Part shown: positions 48,733 to 58,899 of the stretch, in pieces
Layout: each line of letters opens with the position of its first letter
How positions within the stretch are numbered: the first letter of the stretch is position 1
IMG/VR virus record: IMGVR_UViG_3300046810_000373
Direction: 5' to 3' (one strand)
Origin: an uncultured virus (IMG/VR IMGVR_UViG_3300046810_000373)
Lineage: Duplodnaviria; Heunggongvirae; Uroviricota; Caudoviricetes; Schitoviridae
DNA: 64,000 nt
Position numbers and translations under genes: made by a program
The notes under the pieces: model-generated
Seen by the model: only the letters and a program-made list of their open reading frames with translations
What the model was told of the DNA's origin: nothing
Database searches by the model: none

Positions 48733-48962
48733 TGGGTCTCACCCCCAGTGAACTCCGGCACCGGCACAGACGGGCCTGAAATGCTCTCCTGCTTGAGCGT
48801 CCGACCCAGGAGGATCAGAACCAGCAGCAAGACATTGATCCAGCCAGGAAGGCTGGATCCGAAGCCGAACTCGAAAACGATCTGGGCTGCCGTCCCAAGG
48901 TAGACAATCCAAGCGACATAGCTGCGGAACAAAATGTCCCGGGCATTCTCAATGATTTTCAT
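48729..48962 (-). CDS. Putative holin
   Basis: 77 aa, two TM segments, coupled to the endolysin gene. Confidence 0.65.
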   Translation of the reverse strand: MKIIENARDILFRSYVAWIVYLGTAAQIVFEFGFGSSLPGWINVLLLVLILLGRTLKQESISGPSVPVPEFTGGETQ

Positions 48963-49000
48963 AGTAATCCCCCGCAAATATCAAAAATCATGAAATGAAA

Positions 49001-50545
49001 TTATACGCTGTCATCCTTCTGGCCAGACATGGTGACGTTTGTTCCGGTGCCGGCATTGAAGGTATTGACGATATCTTTGTAGATCGTGTCCCGGATGATG
49101 CCGTTCTTGGACGCCGCTTCCATCTGGAAGGCATAGGAAGCCCGGGAATAACCTTCGATCCGGCAAGCCTGGTAGTTGAATGCTCGAGCCGCGGCGCCGA
49201 TGTAGACCGCAGCGGCAACGCCGGCGCCGGCCTTCGACATGTCGTTGAAGGTGGTGCCCAGAAATTGAGTTCCCAGCCCATAATCCTGGACGGCTTGCTG
49301 ACGGCAGTTGCCGATGCGGCCGAGCGAGAACTTGGTGTCGGTCATGCCCGGTCCGATATAGAGCGCACAATTGTCCGCGCTGCCCTGCGGGTAAGGCACA
49401 TCCGCCGCTCCAGAGGTGTTCGAGAACTCAGCCCGGTAGAACTCATTGCGATAGCCCTTTTCCAGCACAACAGAGATATCCAAGGCGCGATCGGTCTCGA
49501 ACTTCCGGTAATCTCCGAAGGAAGGGATATCGCCCCAGGCAGTGCTCAGTGCCGAGGAAGTAACCGCAAGACCCCGACGAGTGCCAAGGGCGTAGACTCC
49601 GTCGGTATGGCAGCCATGAACTCGGCCGCTGACGAGCATACCGTAGGACCCCGCATTGTAGGCCTGGATCGTCACCTCGGAGAGTTTGACGATATCGGTG
49701 CGGTAGCCAGTTGCCGGCTCGGAGCGGATGATCACACCATAACCGGTGGTCTGGTTCGGCATATTGATCACAATGCGGTTGAAGTAGCAGGTATTGCTGT
49801 GATCAGCCTGGATGCCTGCATAGGAGCCATCGAAGACCATGTCCTCGAAGAACATCTGATTGCAGCGCTGCATCTTGATATCGATGCCGGATGTACGCGG
49901 GACAACCGCGTTCAGGAGAATATTCTTCAGGTGCACATAGTAGACCGGGGTGGCACCATCGCCGACGACGAAAATGTCCCCAGTCGCATTCAGGCGCTTC
50001 ATCCGAACCTTTTCGCCGATGCCCTGGAACTTGAGATAAGAGCCAGTGACTCCTGTCTTGAAGAGGTTGATCGGGCCGCCGATCTTCCATTCGCCGGCGA
50101 TCGGAGGCATCCAGACAATGCCCCCTCCCCCGGTGATGACCTTGTCGATGCAGGCGTTGATCACGGCATGATGGCTGGCATCTGCGGACAGCGCACCATC
50201 CATGAAGGGTGTGCGCCCAGTGCGATTGATGATCGCCTGGAGCGTCTCGGGATTCTGCATGTCCTCGAACGAGAACTCGGCCTGCTCGACCGCAGTTCGC
50301 ACCGTCGCAGGGACCGCAAGCTTGGTCGCACTGGTCAGCTCAAGAGCATCCTGCTCAGTGGCGAGACGCTCATCGATTTGCATGTCCTGCAAGACAGCGA
50401 GCATCGCCTTGACCTCAACCTCGGTCAAAGGCCCTTCATCACTGTCTTCCCGGATCCGCCGGCTGGAAGTGCCGGTATCCAGATCGCGATATTGTTGCAG
50501 AGGGACATAGCCCTCCATCTTGGGATCGTCGAGATCAACAGGCAT
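49001..50545 (-). CDS. Tailspike / beta-helix depolymerase-like protein
   Basis: AVINACID..GGGIVWMP pectate-lyase-3-like start followed by beta-helix-type repeats. Confidence 0.7.
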   Translation of the reverse strand: MPVDLDDPKMEGYVPLQQYRDLDTGTSSRRIREDSDEGPLTEVEVKAMLAVLQDMQIDERLATEQDALELTSATKLAVPATVRTAVEQAEFSFEDMQNPETLQAIINRTGRTPFMDGALSADASHHAVINACIDKVITGGGGIVWMPPIAGEWKIGGPINLFKTGVTGSYLKFQGIGEKVRMKRLNATGDIFVVGDGATPVYYVHLKNILLNAVVPRTSGIDIKMQRCNQMFFEDMVFDGSYAGIQADHSNTCYFNRIVINMPNQTTGYGVIIRSEPATGYRTDIVKLSEVTIQAYNAGSYGMLVSGRVHGCHTDGVYALGTRRGLAVTSSALSTAWGDIPSFGDYRKFETDRALDISVVLEKGYRNEFYRAEFSNTSGAADVPYPQGSADNCALYIGPGMTDTKFSLGRIGNCRQQAVQDYGLGTQFLGTTFNDMSKAGAGVAAAVYIGAAARAFNYQACRIEGYSRASYAFQMEAASKNGIIRDTIYKDIVNTFNAGTGTNVTMSGQKDDSV

Positions 50546-50588
50546 TATAGTATCCCTGTAAAAGATTTTGAATAAAACTAATGTTGGA

Positions 50589-52475
50589 TTAGGCGCGGAG
50601 CGCCACCTTGATAATGTCAAGGCTGTTCGGGTTTAGGGAGTTGCTGTTGGTTCCGTCACCCGCTTCGTTGGCGGAAATGAAGTGAACGCCAATACCAGGG
50701 TTGAAGGTCAACGCCGGCGTGATGACACCATTCATGGCGTTCGCCGTCGGGGTGTAAACCAGCCCGGGCTGCACCGTGAATGCGGCCGCTGTGTCGATCC
50801 CAAAACCAATCTTCGTGAATGCAGCGGCCGCTGCTACGGTGTTCACTGCGCGCGACATTGAAGCGAGGACGGCATCCTCCTGGATTCCTCGGACAAAGTT
50901 GACCTGGTTGCCAACGCTGCCTCGAGCCTGTCGGATGGTGGCCGAGGAGTAGGTGTAGGCTGCTCCATTGTCGGTGACCGTCGCCAGCGCTTTGATGCGA
51001 TTGTACATATTCCAGACGTTGAAATACGCCGCTGTGCCACCGGACGCTGCGCCACCCGTGTGCCAGGTCACGGTCGCGCCCGAGGAGTCAGTCGCGATCG
51101 TTCCGACATAGGTGCCATAGCCGGCGGCCGGACCATTCACGATCGCGACGACGTTGTTCAGGATACCGCTGTTGCGCTGCAAGGCGGAGCCGCCGGCACC
51201 TGTACCGCGAACCGTGTTGGATCCAGCGGTGCCATCCGACCAGGCCGGCGATCGCGTCAATGCCAGCGTGCCGGCGCCATCAGTGTCCCAGACATAGAGG
51301 TCATAGACCTGTGAGGCCGCCACTGCGGTTGGTCCGGCGCTTCCGGTCACGGTGTTGGCGAGGACATTCGACAATTCAGCGAATGAGTAATTCAACCAGA
51401 GCCCGGAATTTTTATTCCGGATCGGGATCGAGGAGCCAAGATGCGGAGTATAGTAAACCGTACCGGCCGCTGAGACGTTGGCGGTCATCACCGGCGATCC
51501 GCTCGTCAGTGTCAGACGGCCACTCGGAGTTCCCAGACCAAGAGATGCAAATTTCGTGTCGATCGCCGCCTGTTGCAGCGTCGAGACCGGTTTGTTGGCA
51601 TCCGCGGTGTTGTCGACATTACCCAGACCGACGTCGGCTTTCGCCAAGGCCAAGGCAGTCTTGAACGTAGCGAAGGTGATGTTCTTCAGCAGCTTGCCGG
51701 TCGTACCGTCGAAAACCGCAGGCGTTGCATCCACTGCGGTGGCCGGGCCGATAACGGCGCCATCGATATTGGTCTGTGAGATGGTCCAGCTTGCGCCAAC
51801 AGCGGCCTGGTTCCCGGCGACCGTGCCATCAGTCAAGCAAAGGAGCAGATCGCCCTGCTCGACATTGACGCCGCTGGCGCCGCCGATCTTGCCGGCGACG
51901 GAGACACGATAGGTCCAGCCCCGATCAGCGGCCGGGTAATTCGGGTTGGCCGAGCAATCGATGACGCCCTTGAACACCATCGCATCCTGAGCGGCGATGA
52001 TCTGGTCGACATATTGCTTGGTCGCTGCATGAAGAGCGTTGATCGGATCCGCCGACAAAGTCAGAGGCCCGGTCAGAGTTCCACCAGTCAGATTGAGCTT
52101 GGTATCCAGACCAGTCAGGAATTCCTCGATATCCGGGATAATCGCGTAGACAGCGAGGAGCTGGTCGAGATTGTCGAAGATCGCCTGCAACTCTGCGAGG
52201 CTGTTGTAAACCCCCGAAATCTCGGTGAGTTTGGCATGGACAGCCAGCAGCTCGGTCAGCTTGAGGTAAACTGCATCGAACTTCTCGATCTCCGCAGCGA
52301 GAGCGTCGATCTCCGCAGCGGAGGCATGCAGCCGGTAGATCGCCGCCATATTCGCCGAGGTATGCTTGATATATTCGATGTTCTGGGCGACGAACTTCAC
52401 GACTGCATAGGAATTACCAATGATCTTGTCGACCAGCAGCGCATCGGAGTCGCAGGAACCAAAGACAGGGCGCAT
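50589..52475 (-). CDS. Tail fibre protein
   Basis: GGTLTGPLTL..AATKQYVD and VGLGNVDNTADANKPVS fibre motifs. Confidence 0.82.
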   Translation of the reverse strand: MRPVFGSCDSDALLVDKIIGNSYAVVKFVAQNIEYIKHTSANMAAIYRLHASAAEIDALAAEIEKFDAVYLKLTELLAVHAKLTEISGVYNSLAELQAIFDNLDQLLAVYAIIPDIEEFLTGLDTKLNLTGGTLTGPLTLSADPINALHAATKQYVDQIIAAQDAMVFKGVIDCSANPNYPAADRGWTYRVSVAGKIGGASGVNVEQGDLLLCLTDGTVAGNQAAVGASWTISQTNIDGAVIGPATAVDATPAVFDGTTGKLLKNITFATFKTALALAKADVGLGNVDNTADANKPVSTLQQAAIDTKFASLGLGTPSGRLTLTSGSPVMTANVSAAGTVYYTPHLGSSIPIRNKNSGLWLNYSFAELSNVLANTVTGSAGPTAVAASQVYDLYVWDTDGAGTLALTRSPAWSDGTAGSNTVRGTGAGGSALQRNSGILNNVVAIVNGPAAGYGTYVGTIATDSSGATVTWHTGGAASGGTAAYFNVWNMYNRIKALATVTDNGAAYTYSSATIRQARGSVGNQVNFVRGIQEDAVLASMSRAVNTVAAAAAFTKIGFGIDTAAAFTVQPGLVYTPTANAMNGVITPALTFNPGIGVHFISANEAGDGTNSNSLNPNSLDIIKVALRA

Positions 52476-53212
52476 CAGACAAATCCTCGTTGGCTCAACT
52501 TGTAATGAGTGGTGTCGAAGGTCTGATTGACCGTGTCTTTGTCTTCGACTTCCAGGCAGATCGCTTCGCAGACCGAGAGATACTCTTGGCCTTTCATGGT
52601 CGATTCCTGAGTATTCATGTGCCCATAGACCTGGGAGGCCACGAAAGCCTGGAGAGCGCCCTCAAGATAGACAGGGATATCGACCCGCTGCTGAAGAAGG
52701 TTCTCGTCCTCCCGGATCTTCTCGTGGCGCAGGATCGGATGCCTGGCCTGGTAGAGAATGCTTAGCGCCTGGCCGTCGATCGGCCGCGGCACCTGAAGCA
52801 GATCCGGCTGGGGCGTGAACAGGGAATCCGGGCGCCCCTTGTCATTGAGGACCCGTTCGATGCCATAGCTGTCATGCACCTCGAGGATCCGGATCACGTC
52901 CTCTTCGAAAGGCTCGTGCGCCAGATCCTTGATGTAGGGGTGGGCGATATTGTCCGGGTCTCCATCGTCACCGGCGACGCTTTCGGCGAAGCGTTTGCGA
53001 AGATGGTAATTGGTGATGTGGGCAACCTGCTCGATAATCACGTCATTTTGGCGCAGATTGAATCGAGTAAATAGGCGAGTTAATCCCTCATTGGTATATT
53101 GTATAATCTGAGGGTGCTTCGCTTCCACGAGCGTGCCCGATCCCTCGCCCGAGATGGCGAGGTTGGAAAGCTCCCCATATGAGAGCCGGCGGAACAGATC
53201 GGATATTCTCAT
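52475..53212 (-). CDS. Head-tail adaptor (N4 gp67-like)
   Basis: LSYGELSNL, NEGLTRLFTRF, YQARH, C-terminal RGFV. Confidence 0.8.
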   Translation of the reverse strand: MRISDLFRRLSYGELSNLAISGEGSGTLVEAKHPQIIQYTNEGLTRLFTRFNLRQNDVIIEQVAHITNYHLRKRFAESVAGDDGDPDNIAHPYIKDLAHEPFEEDVIRILEVHDSYGIERVLNDKGRPDSLFTPQPDLLQVPRPIDGQALSILYQARHPILRHEKIREDENLLQQRVDIPVYLEGALQAFVASQVYGHMNTQESTMKGQEYLSVCEAICLEVEDKDTVNQTFDTTHYKLSQRGFV

Positions 53213-53229
53213 AATTATCGTCTATAATA

Positions 53230-54906
53230 TCAGACGATATATGAAGCAAGGCCATTCCGATTATCATCGCGATTATCTTCGTCATAATCCCAATCAGGAC
53301 CGCCATTATGTCCCATGCCTGTCGGAGCCTCTTCGCTGGGCTTCCAGGCATTGAGATAGATCAGCATCGAGATGGTATCGATGCAGTCATCCTTGCCCTT
53401 GAGCCCGTGCCGGGTGGCCAGGCGGATCTGGTTGTAGAAGAGCCCAACGACCTTGCTCGCCTTGAGCTCGGTCGGGAAATAAATTTTACCGGCCTTAAAC
53501 ATCGGCACAACCTGGTTGAACCGGGTCAGCTTGTTGAGCACTGGACGAATGCCCGGGGCGCCTGATTTCTCGGACGAAGCAAAATTGAACCAGATATTCC
53601 GGGAGATCATTTCGTTCTGGAGCCATTTGATGAAGGCGCCCTGCTGGCCAGAGACCTCGATGCCGACGCTCTGGGGTTTGTAGGCCGAGACCAGACGGAA
53701 GAGATCATTGACCGTCTTGCCCATGTCCTGGCGCTCGGCCACGCCGTCCACCCAGAACCAATCCCCATTCGAGTTGTAGGCCCAGACCGAGATAACCGAA
53801 TAGTCGGCCGTCTGCTTGTCCGAGGTGGCAAAGTCCGTTGTGATATAGAAGTTGAACGCCGATCGGCGATCAAGCAACTTGACCCTGGAGTATTCCCGGA
53901 TCTCTGCGTCTTGAACCAGGCGCTCCTCTTCAGAGGTGATCCTGAGCATCAGCTCCTGCATGAAGCCGGCGAGCTTACCATTGAGGACGGCGTTCTCGTA
54001 CTGGGTTGCTACGAAGTCGTAGTTGAAGCGATCCTCCCAGGCACCAACGAACTCCTCCCTCGAGCAGGGAAAACGCTCGCAGACCGGCCAGACGTTCACA
54101 TCCCAGGCGCCCGATTCGACCGCCTCGATCATGATGTCTTCGGAGTGGAAGGGCGTGCCATTGAACACGATCTTCCGACGCTGAGGATCGAGCGCGAAGT
54201 TGATGCCCTTATAGACGGTGTCCTTGATCGCATTCATTGCGGTCTGCGACTTGGCGTCATCATCCGAGATCAAATCGTCGAGCACGGCCAGCACAGGGCG
54301 CTTGCCGAAGATCTTGGTTCCGCGGATACCGGTCTTGGCGCCGAACATCTTGCAGCCCAGCCGATGCCCGTCTTTGTTCTGGAACTCAATATAGTTGTCG
54401 GTGAACTTGGCTACAGGCAGCCATTCCTTGAGGAAGTCCGAGTTCTCATAACGGAACTCGATGTTCTTGCGCGCCGTCTTGACGCCGTTCTCCATAGTAT
54501 CGGAGACGTATATCATACCGGTGATCTCGCCGAAGCCCGGAAGATAACTGAACACGCCGATGAACAAGAGGAGATACTCGAAGAAGAGCGTCGTCTTGGA
54601 TGCTCCACGAAAGCAGAGGTTGGCGACCTGGTCCGAGGTCGAGGTCGCGAGCTTGTCCAGCATCTTCAGATGGACCGGAGGCGTCTTGTTGCTCTCGCCT
54701 TCGGCGCCGTTCACCAGCTTGATGAAGTTCATGAAGATGAGGGCGAATTCGCTCGGCACATACGAGCCGTCGTTCAGCGAGGCGTAATCCACCTCATCGA
54801 GCCACTGATCCAAGCTCTTGCGGATGACCGTCCGGCCGGTGAGCTCGAGCGTGCTGAGTGCATGGCCTGAGACGCCGGACATCAGCTCCGACGCATCAGA
54901 CGTCAT
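53230..54906 (-). CDS. terL: Terminase large subunit (N4 gp68-like)
   Basis: CFRGASKT, VLDD, NGTP, YITTDFA, DDCID. Confidence 0.93.
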   Translation of the reverse strand: MTSDASELMSGVSGHALSTLELTGRTVIRKSLDQWLDEVDYASLNDGSYVPSEFALIFMNFIKLVNGAEGESNKTPPVHLKMLDKLATSTSDQVANLCFRGASKTTLFFEYLLLFIGVFSYLPGFGEITGMIYVSDTMENGVKTARKNIEFRYENSDFLKEWLPVAKFTDNYIEFQNKDGHRLGCKMFGAKTGIRGTKIFGKRPVLAVLDDLISDDDAKSQTAMNAIKDTVYKGINFALDPQRRKIVFNGTPFHSEDIMIEAVESGAWDVNVWPVCERFPCSREEFVGAWEDRFNYDFVATQYENAVLNGKLAGFMQELMLRITSEEERLVQDAEIREYSRVKLLDRRSAFNFYITTDFATSDKQTADYSVISVWAYNSNGDWFWVDGVAERQDMGKTVNDLFRLVSAYKPQSVGIEVSGQQGAFIKWLQNEMISRNIWFNFASSEKSGAPGIRPVLNKLTRFNQVVPMFKAGKIYFPTELKASKVVGLFYNQIRLATRHGLKGKDDCIDTISMLIYLNAWKPSEEAPTGMGHNGGPDWDYDEDNRDDNRNGLASYIV

Positions 54907-55657
54907 CAGCGTCGACCTTGTTGACCAGCTTGGATGCTGCGACGTCGATCGTCTTCATCTCGCCTTGCTCGATCATCTGGCGCTGCTGGCCGGCGAGCTG
55001 GGTCAGGAGATCCTTCATCTCCTTCATCCCCGAGACTTCCTTGACGTTCAGATCGAGCTGGCCCTTGACCACCTCGGGCTTCTTGAGATGGGTCAGGATC
55101 GAGTTGGCCGCGTCGGTGCGGACCTTCTCGGAGTTGGCGTTGAGCATCAGATCGGCCTGAACATTCAGAGCCTTCTGGTAGAGATCCTGGTTAAGCACCC
55201 AGCTCGGAACCAGGGATTGCTCCATGATCAGATTGACCAGTTTGCCCTTGTGATAGGCCGAGACGTAGGCCGCGATGTCCTTCGACGAGCAGCCCCTGGC
55301 GATCAACGTCGCGTGGCGCTGGGGGAAGGTTTTGACATAGGCATCCTGGTTGGAATCACCCATCAGCTTGTAGCTGACGTAGGCGACCGCATGGAGGTAG
55401 TCCTCGACCTTGAACTTCCCCTCTTTCATAATCGCAGAATATCCGATGAAATTATCTCGGATATTTTGGGCGATAATAGGATCGGCGGTTATTCCATTCA
55501 GCGCGTCGACCAGATGGGTTGTCACGGACGATCGAAGCGTCGAGGGCAGAGCCTTCTTGACGTCGTCTTCGGTCAGGGGAGCCAATGAAGCAACAGGGAG
55601 AGATGCACCCGGAGCGGCGATCGACGGAGATCCCGGGATATTTGAAAATAGGCCCAT
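54896..55657 (-). CDS. N4 gp69-like protein (putative terminase small subunit)
   Basis: YLHAVAYVSYKLMG, SEKVRTDAANSILTHLK; adjacent to terL. Confidence 0.8.
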   Translation of the reverse strand: MGLFSNIPGSPSIAAPGASLPVASLAPLTEDDVKKALPSTLRSSVTTHLVDALNGITADPIIAQNIRDNFIGYSAIMKEGKFKVEDYLHAVAYVSYKLMGDSNQDAYVKTFPQRHATLIARGCSSKDIAAYVSAYHKGKLVNLIMEQSLVPSWVLNQDLYQKALNVQADLMLNANSEKVRTDAANSILTHLKKPEVVKGQLDLNVKEVSGMKEMKDLLTQLAGQQRQMIEQGEMKTIDVAASKLVNKVDADDV

Positions 55658-55814
55658 AAAATCCTCTTGCGCTTTTCTTTGAAAACCGAGATAACAAATC
55701 CGCTTTCCTTATCTCGCGCAGGGATCAGGAATATGCAAACCGATTATGAGTTGATTATCATCCTTATTATCGGAATGCCGCGCGGTGTTTTTGGGTTTTC
55801 ACCGCCGCTGGCGC

Positions 55815-55859
55815 AGGAGCCGGGACCATCTTTCCTCCCGGACTGGTCCCGGCTCCTCC
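55815..55859. terminator. Long GC hairpin downstream of the gp49-like gene
   Basis: AGGAGCCGGGACCA...TGGTCCCGGCTCCT 14-bp inverted repeat; weak T tract. Confidence 0.5.
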
Positions 55860-55872
55860 TCTCTCAGATGAT

Positions 55873-56781
55873 TCAGTCCAGCCGAGCGACCCGGGCCTTG
55901 AGGATCGCGCGGTAGCCGTTCATGTATTCGGACTGGGATAGCATGAGAGACTGGTCGATCTTCGGCAGCAGGAAGAAGGCACTCGTTTGGGTGAAGGCAT
56001 TGAGCTTGGTGATCTTGTCTTCGAGCTCGTTGAGTTCGATACGCACCCGTTCGGCATAGGATCCGCTCGCCGTCGGGCCCGCGTCTGCCTTCCGCGGCTG
56101 CGCTGCGCTCGCCCCGTCGGCGCCGACGGTCCGGTAGGCTCGCTCGAAAATGTCCTTGGGGGACCAGGAGAGATAGCCACCGTAGTTGGCGACGTTGGGC
56201 TTGCCGCCATCGGTGTATTCGACCAGGTAGCCCGCGTCGTCTTCCTCATCGGCCGGCATGACCCAGCCGCGGAAGTCGTTGTAGACGGCTCGGCTCATTG
56301 GGATCGCGTGGATCACCTTGGTGCCGACGAAGACATCCCAGCCCTCGGAGATCTTGATCGCGCGGCCGTCCAGCAGCTCCTGCTCCCGGTGGATGTCCTC
56401 GCGCAAGGCAAAGCCCAGCAGCGGCCAGATCTTGCCAATCGCGTCGGACTTGGCGATGCGCTGGCCGATCTCCTCGTTGTAGTTGGCCGGGTCCGCACAG
56501 GCGCTCTGGCCAGTGACCGTGAAGCCGTTCTTGAGAACCAGAACACAGAAGGTCATCAGCTCCAGCGCGGCAGGGACAGGGCGAAGCTGGGCCCCATTAA
56601 GGGCCCCATTGACGAAGGCTGCATCCTCCATCGCCTTGGCATCACCCTGCCCCGCGGTGAAATAGTGCTCACTCACGATCGACGCATGCACGTCCTCGAG
56701 CGTCACGCGCCGGCCGGTGGCCTTGGCCTTGAGTTCCTGCTCGGTCACAGCCTGGTGGGATTTATTATCCGACATAATCAT
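55873..56781 (-). CDS. Three-domain protein: Phage_gp49_66 domain + GTK/SWSPK domain + crAss001_48-like helical domain
   Basis: TFCVLVLKNGFTVTGQSACADPANYNEEIG..KIWPLLGF; FVGTKVIHA..GYLVEY..SWSPKDIFERAY; ERVRIELNELEDKITKLNAF..QSEYMNGYRAILKAR. Confidence 0.82.
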   Translation of the reverse strand: MIMSDNKSHQAVTEQELKAKATGRRVTLEDVHASIVSEHYFTAGQGDAKAMEDAAFVNGALNGAQLRPVPAALELMTFCVLVLKNGFTVTGQSACADPANYNEEIGQRIAKSDAIGKIWPLLGFALREDIHREQELLDGRAIKISEGWDVFVGTKVIHAIPMSRAVYNDFRGWVMPADEEDDAGYLVEYTDGGKPNVANYGGYLSWSPKDIFERAYRTVGADGASAAQPRKADAGPTASGSYAERVRIELNELEDKITKLNAFTQTSAFFLLPKIDQSLMLSQSEYMNGYRAILKARVARLD

Positions 56782-56896
56782 TTTCCTGATTGGTGGTTGG
56801 ATTATCAGGAATATGTTTTAGGGCGGATTTAGTTTGGATTGCAAGCGTATTTTCTATCTGCTATTTCCGTGATTATAAACACGAGGAAATTTCAAT

Positions 56897-57193
56897 ATGG
56901 AAAAGCACAGGAACTCGGACGGCACCTATAACGGCGCCGCGGTCTTCGCCGAGTTGACCGGTCTCTCTGAGGCCGAGATCAAATGGATCATGGTTCGAAC
57001 CAAAGAGCTGATCGCTACGGGGCTGCCGAAGGAAGAGCGCCTGACGATCATCAAGGTGGAGAGCCAGAGCAAACCCTGGCTGAAGAAGGTGTGCGACCTT
57101 TGCCAGGGAGCCAAGGTGAACAACCATCACCAGCTCTGGCCTGGTCGGATCGCATGTCGCGCCTGTAACGGCGTAGGTGTCCTTGGGTTGTAG
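56897..57193 (+). CDS. Hypothetical protein with C-terminal zinc finger
   Basis: GAGG RBS; CDLCQG...CRACNGVG. Confidence 0.6.
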   Translation: MEKHRNSDGTYNGAAVFAELTGLSEAEIKWIMVRTKELIATGLPKEERLTIIKVESQSKPWLKKVCDLCQGAKVNNHHQLWPGRIACRACNGVGVLGL

Positions 57194-57772
57194 CGACGAA
57201 GGCTCCCGCCCCCGGGAGCCGGGGAGCATCGCATCCCCCTCGCCTCTGCCGACCCTTACTGGGTCTTATTTAGGCCGGGATAGACAGCGCCCCCATATTC
57301 TTCGAGCCAGAGAGCTTGACACCCCTCCCCTTCTGGTAGAGAGGTGATTCACGACTTGAGCTCGCCCCCGCCGTCTTTTCCCTCTGAAATAGAAAGAGGA
57401 GAAATTAAGGCTTGGTGGATCATGTCTAAATGATGACTCATTTAGACCATCAGGGGCTACGGGCCCCTCCTCAAGTGAACATAATCCCCAACATAATCAT
57501 AGATAATATTATCTGATAATCCTTATGTAGGAATTATCTACGGTATTTTTATGGAAACATTAATATGATTATGTGGATAACTTTTAGATGGTAAGCCCAA
57601 AAGATAATAGAGCTAATCATTATGGAGATAATATTATATAATATTTTTGGGTTTGGTGAAAATTCATAGTGACGTGCCAGTGTAGTATCACACCTGGCTC
57701 ACACCCCTCGAGCTAACCTACCCCCCGGTATGTTTCCTCACACCATATGCATACCACCCCCATCGAACTAAC

Positions 57773-57794
57773 GCTGCTGCGCAGCTTCTGGATG
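57773..57794 (+). promoter_or_regulatory. N4-type vRNAP hairpin promoter 1
   Basis: GCTGC-TGC-GCAGC-TTCT-GGA; template strand reads TCC-N4-5-bp stem with a C(GCA)G triloop. Confidence 0.85.
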
Positions 57795-57823
57795 TCTTGT
57801 CCATCAACCCAGGAGCTATGACT

Positions 57824-58195
57824 ATGTCCATCACCCAGTCCACCGGTGCTACCCTTGTCGCCATGCTCGGCGCCGTCACCACAACTGCAAATACCCTCAC
57901 ACGTACTGTGCACACCACTGCCAGTGCACTCGACATGCTGGATCAGTATGTCCAAGACGCTCGCGTCGAACAGATCGCTCGGTCCATCGCCTCTCGCGAT
58001 ACCATGCTTCAGCGCATCCATGAGGATTCTGCCATCGAGAACGCTTCTCGTCAGGCTGACCTCCAGCGCAAGCTCTCGGCCGATCCCATCCTGGGTGCTC
58101 TCTTCAAGGAGAACTTCCAGCGGTTCGAAGACACCACCAAGCAGGTCATCCAGACCAAGCTGGCTCAGCTCGACAATCGTGTCGCCGTCGTCTGA
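57824..58195 (+). CDS. First early gene, conserved N4-like hypothetical protein
   Basis: AGGAG RBS, directly downstream of the hairpin promoter; Thr/Ala-rich N-terminus. Confidence 0.75.
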   Translation: MSITQSTGATLVAMLGAVTTTANTLTRTVHTTASALDMLDQYVQDARVEQIARSIASRDTMLQRIHEDSAIENASRQADLQRKLSADPILGALFKENFQRFEDTTKQVIQTKLAQLDNRVAVV

Positions 58196-58706
58196 CATCT
58201 GAACATCGTCTTCATCCCTCACTCTGTAACAGGAGTGGGGGATTATATCTTAATTAGATAGTACATTAATTAATTAACAATCATCATCATATTAACCATA
58301 ATCAGGATAGATAATCATCTCATAATCCTGATAGTCTCATCTCTGGCTCACAGATCATGTTCATGGCTCCTGGCTAAAGCCTACCTGGCTCGAGCCAGTG
58401 AGATCATCAACGATCGTGCATGTCCTCATCGAGGATCTCATACATGTGAGAATAATGGGAAAGATGGGGTATTTCAGTACATATTTGTTGAAATACACAC
58501 TGATCTCATTCCCACTTTTGTGATGTTATACCAATTCAAATCCTAGCTCGTTCTCGAGCTCTCCCTAAAATCTCCCCCAAATCCAGACCGTTCATAATGG
58601 TCTCTGATTTTCCCCTTTCCATTTATCCGGATTATGGTAGTCCCTTTCAAGATATCTATCTTGAGGGCTATCCATATATGCTCAAACTCCAACCAAGGAT
58701 AACCAA

Positions 58707-58895
58707 ATGCGTATTATCTCCAATATGTCTCTGGTTGCCCTTGCCATTGGCTTCTGGGCATCCGCAACCGTCATCGGATCCAGGTTCCTTCCCAACACCG
58801 AGGGCACGCTCCTCTGGTGTCGAACCAATGATCTCTCACTGCACAGGGACTATCATCTCAAGTGCGCTCCCTATTTCGTCAAGAAGAGGAACTGA
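58707..58895 (+). CDS. Small protein with hydrophobic N-terminus
   Basis: AAGGA RBS; signal-peptide-like segment. Confidence 0.5.
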   Translation: MRIISNMSLVALAIGFWASATVIGSRFLPNTEGTLLWCRTNDLSLHRDYHLKCAPYFVKKRN

Positions 58896-58899
58896 GCCA

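Noticed and set aside
48995..50575. 526-aa + strand ORF
   Set aside because: Antisense shadow of the tailspike gene; no recognisable motifs, expected in high-GC coding DNA
57480..57660. GATAAT clusters as Fur boxes
   Set aside because: The hexamer matches the Fur-box unit, but the contiguous 19-bp GATAATGATAATCATTATC arrangement was not found; spacing here is mostly 12-13 bp. Not formally excluded
55660..58700. tRNA genes near the genome end
   Set aside because: No cloverleaf with T-loop and acceptor stem recognised by eye; tRNAscan-SE would settle it
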